IMG/VR virus record: IMGVR_UViG_3300028864_000007
Span: 1-50,988 of that record
DNA from: a virus
Taxonomy: Duplodnaviria > Caudoviricetes
Strand: one strand, 5' to 3'
DNA length: 50,988 nucleotides
Shown: positions 47,455 through 50,988 of the stretch, piece after piece
How positions within the stretch are numbered: position 1 is the stretch's first letter
How the letters are laid out: each line of letters opens with the position of its first letter
Made by a program: the position numbers and the translations under genes
The notes under the pieces: generated by a model
What the model saw: only the letters and a program-made list of their open reading frames with translations
Told to the model about the DNA's origin: nothing
The model's database searches: none

Positions 47455-48571
47455 AGAACTATACAAAAAGTCCAGAATTGGCAAGATACAGCAGTGGGGT
47501 ATTGAAACAGATTCATGCTACTACAGAACGTATGAAGGATTCATTGATGGTATATTGTCATACTCTGAATGGTCTCTATGTGAAGCTAAGAATGTAGGTC
47601 GTTCTAACGAAACGACTGCAGACGAACAAGCAATCAAGGAAGCTCAGGCTTTAATCAAAAAGCAATATGAGAAAGGTTGGGCCGATACTGTAGAACTTGC
47701 AAAGACTACTAAAGCCAAGATTGCTCCAATGCTTGCGTATAAGTACAAAGACTTCAAACCATACGTAAAGTCTCTGAAGCTTATTGCTATTCAGCCTAAG
47801 TTTGATGGCATCCGTTGTGCTGGTACTATTGAAGGAATGTGGACACGTACTGGTAAACCGATTATTGCATGTCCACATATTGAAGAAGAGATTGAAGAAC
47901 TTCTCGAGTTACTTCCTAGAGGTGCCAAACTTGATGGTGAACTGTACAATCATGATTTGCGTGACGACTTCAATACTATTACTTCAATTGTACGCAAGTC
48001 TGTATTAAGTAGCGCTGACCTTGACAAGTCACACAACATCATGCAATATCATGTATACGATGTCGACATGCCTGGCACATTCATAAACCGCTTTCACACG
48101 TTCAATGAGATTATCGCTGCTAACGACTTCAAGTTCATTAAGCCTTCACTGACATATTTCTTAGAGCCTGCATCTCCAACATTTCAAAAAGATTTGGATG
48201 CCTTCTATAAGACTTTCTTGGGACTTGGCTATGAAGGCCAAATGATTCGTAATGCTGACTCTCCATATGAACACTACCGTTCTAAGTATTTGCTTAAACG
48301 TAAGGAAATGATAACTGAAGAGTTTGAGATTCTTGACATTAAGGAAGGCAGAGGCAACCGATCAGGAATGGCTGGTTCTATAATCTTTGAAGGCTTTGAT
48401 GCTGGCATAAAAGGTACTGAAGAGTACTTCACTTCATTGCTTATTGACAAGCACATGTATATTGGCCTCATGGCTACTGTACAATACCAAGCACTTACAC
48501 CTATTAAACCTGACGGAACTGGTGGTGTACCACGTTTTCCTGTCGTAATTGGAATACGAGACTATGAATAA
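47447..48571 (+). CDS. ATP-dependent DNA ligase
   Basis: PMLA, KFDGIR, LDGELY, VYD, EGQMIR, LLKRK, PRFP. Confidence 0.92.
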   Translation: MLKELYKKSRIGKIQQWGIETDSCYYRTYEGFIDGILSYSEWSLCEAKNVGRSNETTADEQAIKEAQALIKKQYEKGWADTVELAKTTKAKIAPMLAYKYKDFKPYVKSLKLIAIQPKFDGIRCAGTIEGMWTRTGKPIIACPHIEEEIEELLELLPRGAKLDGELYNHDLRDDFNTITSIVRKSVLSSADLDKSHNIMQYHVYDVDMPGTFINRFHTFNEIIAANDFKFIKPSLTYFLEPASPTFQKDLDAFYKTFLGLGYEGQMIRNADSPYEHYRSKYLLKRKEMITEEFEILDIKEGRGNRSGMAGSIIFEGFDAGIKGTEEYFTSLLIDKHMYIGLMATVQYQALTPIKPDGTGGVPRFPVVIGIRDYE

Positions 48572-48677
48572 CCATCCAGTAGTAGTATTAATCGTGGCAA
48601 CAATTATACTGTCTTTCTTTGTAAATGAATGGTACACCTTTGTAGAACAAGCAATCAAGAATTATGGCAAAAAGTAA
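48564..48677 (+). CDS. Small membrane peptide, 37 aa
   Basis: Hand translation MNNHPVVVLIVATIILSFFV...; bridges the gap. Confidence 0.45.
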   Translation: MNNHPVVVLIVATIILSFFVNEWYTFVEQAIKNYGKK

Positions 48678-48879
48678 TTATTGCTATTTAGTTAGCTGGA
48701 TAAATGAAGATGGAGTTGAGTGCAAAGGTTATGTCTATGTTGCTGACCAAACATCTCAACTCGAAGTAAAGAATAAAGTGATTGTTATAAAGTGTGATGA
48801 CAACTTTGTTATTAATAAAGATGAGAAGAAAATCATCAAAACAAAAAGTAAATTAACAGTAATTGGTTATATTGATTGA
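48664..48879 (+). CDS. Hypothetical protein
   Basis: 71-aa ORF; operon packing. Confidence 0.65.
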   Translation: MAKSNYCYLVSWINEDGVECKGYVYVADQTSQLEVKNKVIVIKCDDNFVINKDEKKIIKTKSKLTVIGYID

Positions 48880-48880
48880 T

Positions 48881-49120
48881 ATGGAAAAGAATGGATTTGT
48901 AATTCAGTTTAATTACCTGAATAGCGCACTTTATTATGAAGAGAAAGGTAAGTGCTGCCGTACTGACCTTCGTTTAGCAACTATATATGCAGACAGGCAA
49001 TCAGCTCAATGTGATATAGATTGTAAAGAACAAGGCATCTCTCGTGGCGAAGTCGTTACATATGACCAAGCTTTAGAACAGTTTGAAAGTACTAACCCTT
49101 TAGACTACAGAATACGATGA
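48881..49120 (+). CDS. Hypothetical protein
   Basis: Start MEKNG just after the previous stop. Confidence 0.65.
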   Translation: MEKNGFVIQFNYLNSALYYEEKGKCCRTDLRLATIYADRQSAQCDIDCKEQGISRGEVVTYDQALEQFESTNPLDYRIR

Positions 49121-49302
49121 GAAAGCTTAGAATGTTTAATTTCGTGCGTGCACTATCAGCAGTTGCAAAAGTCCTGTATTATCCAATTTATTTCTTTGGC
49201 TATATATTGTGGTACATCGCACGTTTCTTACTTGCTATTAGCTACTTCATGATGCTAACACCTCAACCTGGTATAGACATATTTAAGAATTTCTGGAAAT
49301 GA
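49117..49302 (+). CDS. Small hydrophobic protein
   Basis: 61 aa; ATGA overlaps on both sides. Confidence 0.6.
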   Translation: MRKLRMFNFVRALSAVAKVLYYPIYFFGYILWYIARFLLAISYFMMLTPQPGIDIFKNFWK

Positions 49303-49994
49303 GTGACGTAGTACATAGAGTTCCTCTTGAACAGTGGCAAGCAGAACGTCGTGAACGTGCTGCACAGAAGTCAAAAGATGTAGCTACATTTAAAGAGTTG
49401 GAGCGTAAGAAAATCAGGCGTAATGCTATGATTAATGAAACTCCAGAATTAACTGAACCTGTAACACGTAAACAGTTAATTGAACTTATACGTCTAATGA
49501 CTAAGGAACATGATGATAAAGCAAGAGAAACTAAACTTATAATCGATAAACGGATAACTCTGATACTTCGTATGGGTATTGATACTACACTACTCAATTG
49601 TTATAAGAAATATGGTAGGCACATAATACCCACATCTCCTGGTTTCTTTTATATGGCAAGCAAAGAATATGGTGGCGGATATGATTTATGGGTAAATCCA
49701 GATGTGCCTAACTTCTACACTCAGTTTACTGAAATGGATGCAATCAGAAGACTTAAACCAGACTGGCTATTTAAACTCGATAAATTGGTCAAGTTGTACT
49801 ATGACACTATCGCAACTATCTATGCACGTGAGTCTGGCTTAGCTGCAAGATTCTACAATATTTATAATAGATTTGGCCTACTGAAGAAAGACCCATTCGC
49901 ATACAGAATTTACGTTGATAATAAGCTTTATGAGATTAAAGATGACGAAGAATTTGATGTAGACATGGACGATGAAATAGCCTATCCAGAATAG
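49299..49994 (+). CDS. Hypothetical protein
   Basis: 231 aa; stop codon lies inside dispersed element copy 4. Confidence 0.75.
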   Translation: MSDVVHRVPLEQWQAERRERAAQKSKDVATFKELERKKIRRNAMINETPELTEPVTRKQLIELIRLMTKEHDDKARETKLIIDKRITLILRMGIDTTLLNCYKKYGRHIIPTSPGFFYMASKEYGGGYDLWVNPDVPNFYTQFTEMDAIRRLKPDWLFKLDKLVKLYYDTIATIYARESGLAARFYNIYNRFGLLKKDPFAYRIYVDNKLYEIKDDEEFDVDMDDEIAYPE

Positions 49995-50090
49995 CAGAAA
50001 GTAGCCAAATTTAAGCTAAACTATATTTTATAAGTAAGCCTATTACTTTAATAAAAAGTAGCCTAAAATAGCCTATTTAAACCTACACTT
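49978..50090 (+). repeat. Dispersed bipartite element, copy 4
   Basis: Core at 49990; AAAATAGCCTA at 50065. Confidence 0.9.
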
Positions 50091-50109
50091 TAACCAAACA
50101 CTATTTAAA

Positions 50110-50388
50110 ATGAATACAATAGACAAGTTTATAGCTGTTGTTAGAGATTCCTTCATTGGTTCTCAACAAGTATATACAGAAGGTAGTTGTTATCACTTCC
50201 ATCTAATATTGAAGGAAGTGTTTCCAGAAGCAGTTCCTTATTATGATGCAGACCATGTACTTACTGAGATTGAAGGTAAGTTCTATGATATTACTGGTGA
50301 AGTATCTCAAGGTTATGCACATCTGATGAATGAGCAGGCTTCATATAACCTGAAAGCTCCATACAATATTTATAAACCAATTCATTGA
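50110..50388 (+). CDS. Hypothetical protein with Cys-His-Asp (transglutaminase/papain-like) pattern
   Basis: GSCY.F...HVL...YDITG. Confidence 0.6.
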   Translation: MNTIDKFIAVVRDSFIGSQQVYTEGSCYHFHLILKEVFPEAVPYYDADHVLTEIEGKFYDITGEVSQGYAHLMNEQASYNLKAPYNIYKPIH

Positions 50389-50392
50389 TTAC

Positions 50393-50638
50393 ATGAAGCC
50401 AATTAAATTTAAAGAGTCAAACATCTGCATTGGTGAAAGCCAGCCAGATTATTTGCCATTGCCAGCATTTTTAGATAGTGAAGATGTACATGTTCCTATG
50501 ACAATGTGCTTTGAGCTTAGTGACGAAGAAAAGAAGCAAGTTGCTGAGACTGACCAAATTTGGATTACTGTACTGACATTTGGAAGTCCATTTCACCCAA
50601 TTATGGATTCAGTTATTAAACCTGAAAACTTCGAATAA
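50393..50638 (+). CDS. Hypothetical protein
   Basis: MKPIKFKESN...QPDYLPLPA...ELSDEE. Confidence 0.7.
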   Translation: MKPIKFKESNICIGESQPDYLPLPAFLDSEDVHVPMTMCFELSDEEKKQVAETDQIWITVLTFGSPFHPIMDSVIKPENFE

Positions 50639-50639
50639 C

Positions 50640-50837
50640 ATGAGAACAATTCTATTATTGTGTGTTGTAACACTCTCCTCATGTGCTTCAATGCGAATAC
50701 CAAATCCTCAAAACTGGAACAGTGATATTACATTGCAAAGAATATATGCTAAAGAGGAACAGAAGAATGCTGAACTTGTTTCACATCGAATACAAATAAT
50801 AAGGCCTGATACTATTACAATATCAGACCCATTCTAA
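50640..50837 (+). CDS. Putative lipoprotein
   Basis: MRTILLLCVVTLSSC lipobox. Confidence 0.6.
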   Translation: MRTILLLCVVTLSSCASMRIPNPQNWNSDITLQRIYAKEEQKNAELVSHRIQIIRPDTITISDPF

Positions 50838-50840
50838 ACT

Positions 50841-50870
50841 AAAAAGAGGAACCATTTGACTCCTCTTTTC
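50841..50870. terminator. Bidirectional terminator between the convergent gene blocks
   Basis: AAAAAGAGGA-loop-TCCTCTTTT between 50837(+) and the last minus-strand gene. Confidence 0.7.
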
Positions 50871-50988
50871 TTATTTAGTGTAACTGCTTATTATATATCG
50901 TCCTCGTCTTCAAATTCAGTATAAAAGCATGGGCCACAGATACCAGATATTAATAACTCTCGTTTGTCTGCTTCCATATCTGGAAATG
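50862..50988. repeat. Terminal direct repeat, right copy (assembly overlap)
   Basis: Identical to 1-127. Confidence 0.95.

Noticed and set aside
14302-50090. Dispersed 26-bp cores as a CRISPR array or MITE
   Set aside because: Copies are 8-16 kb apart, with no terminal inverted repeats or target-site duplications seen
50862-50988. 127-bp terminal repeat as a biological DTR
   Set aside because: Length equals a common assembler k-mer, and it starts inside a terminator and ends inside a gene; best read as a circularisation overlap
1-50988. Stop-codon reassignment
   Set aside because: Core genes are full length in the standard code, and TAG (thyX, carbamoyltransferase), TGA and TAA all end genes at expected places

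Overview
The window is an apparently complete ~50,861-bp tailed dsDNA phage genome, with a 127-bp end overlap typical of a circular assembly. The host is most likely Bacteroidota, inferred from TAnnTTTG-type -7 promoters, A/T-rich leaders without Shine-Dalgarno sites, and BspA-type LRR tail proteins. Layout: a minus-strand block of small early-type genes (1-5.1 kb); a 1.7-kb repeat-rich non-coding control region; packaging, head, tail and lysis genes (6.9-31 kb); an APSE-like replication module (DUF2800 nuclease, DUF2815 SSB, PolA, VirE primase-helicase, VRR-NUC, SNF2 helicase); and a nucleotide-modification cluster. No integrase was recognised. The main highlight is a candidate cytosine hypermodification pathway: a NodU/TobZ-type carbamoyltransferase, a P-loop kinase, TWO thymidylate-synthase-fold paralogs that both carry the cytosine-specifying Asp, a variant dUTPase and a nucleotidyltransferase-like gene, with ThyX supplying dTMP separately. 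One paralog has lost the folate-activating Glu, which suggests chemistry beyond the known 5-carbamoyloxymethylcytosine. Other unusual signals are a ~122-nt tRNA-like RNA with a large insert in the anticodon arm, a ~110-bp bipartite element with an invariant 75-bp spacing dispersed around the genome, two origin-like inverted-iteron elements on opposite sides of the circle, fixed-distance TGTTAA promoter boxes, and strong GATC depletion. All calls come from reading the sequence by eye; no searches were run.
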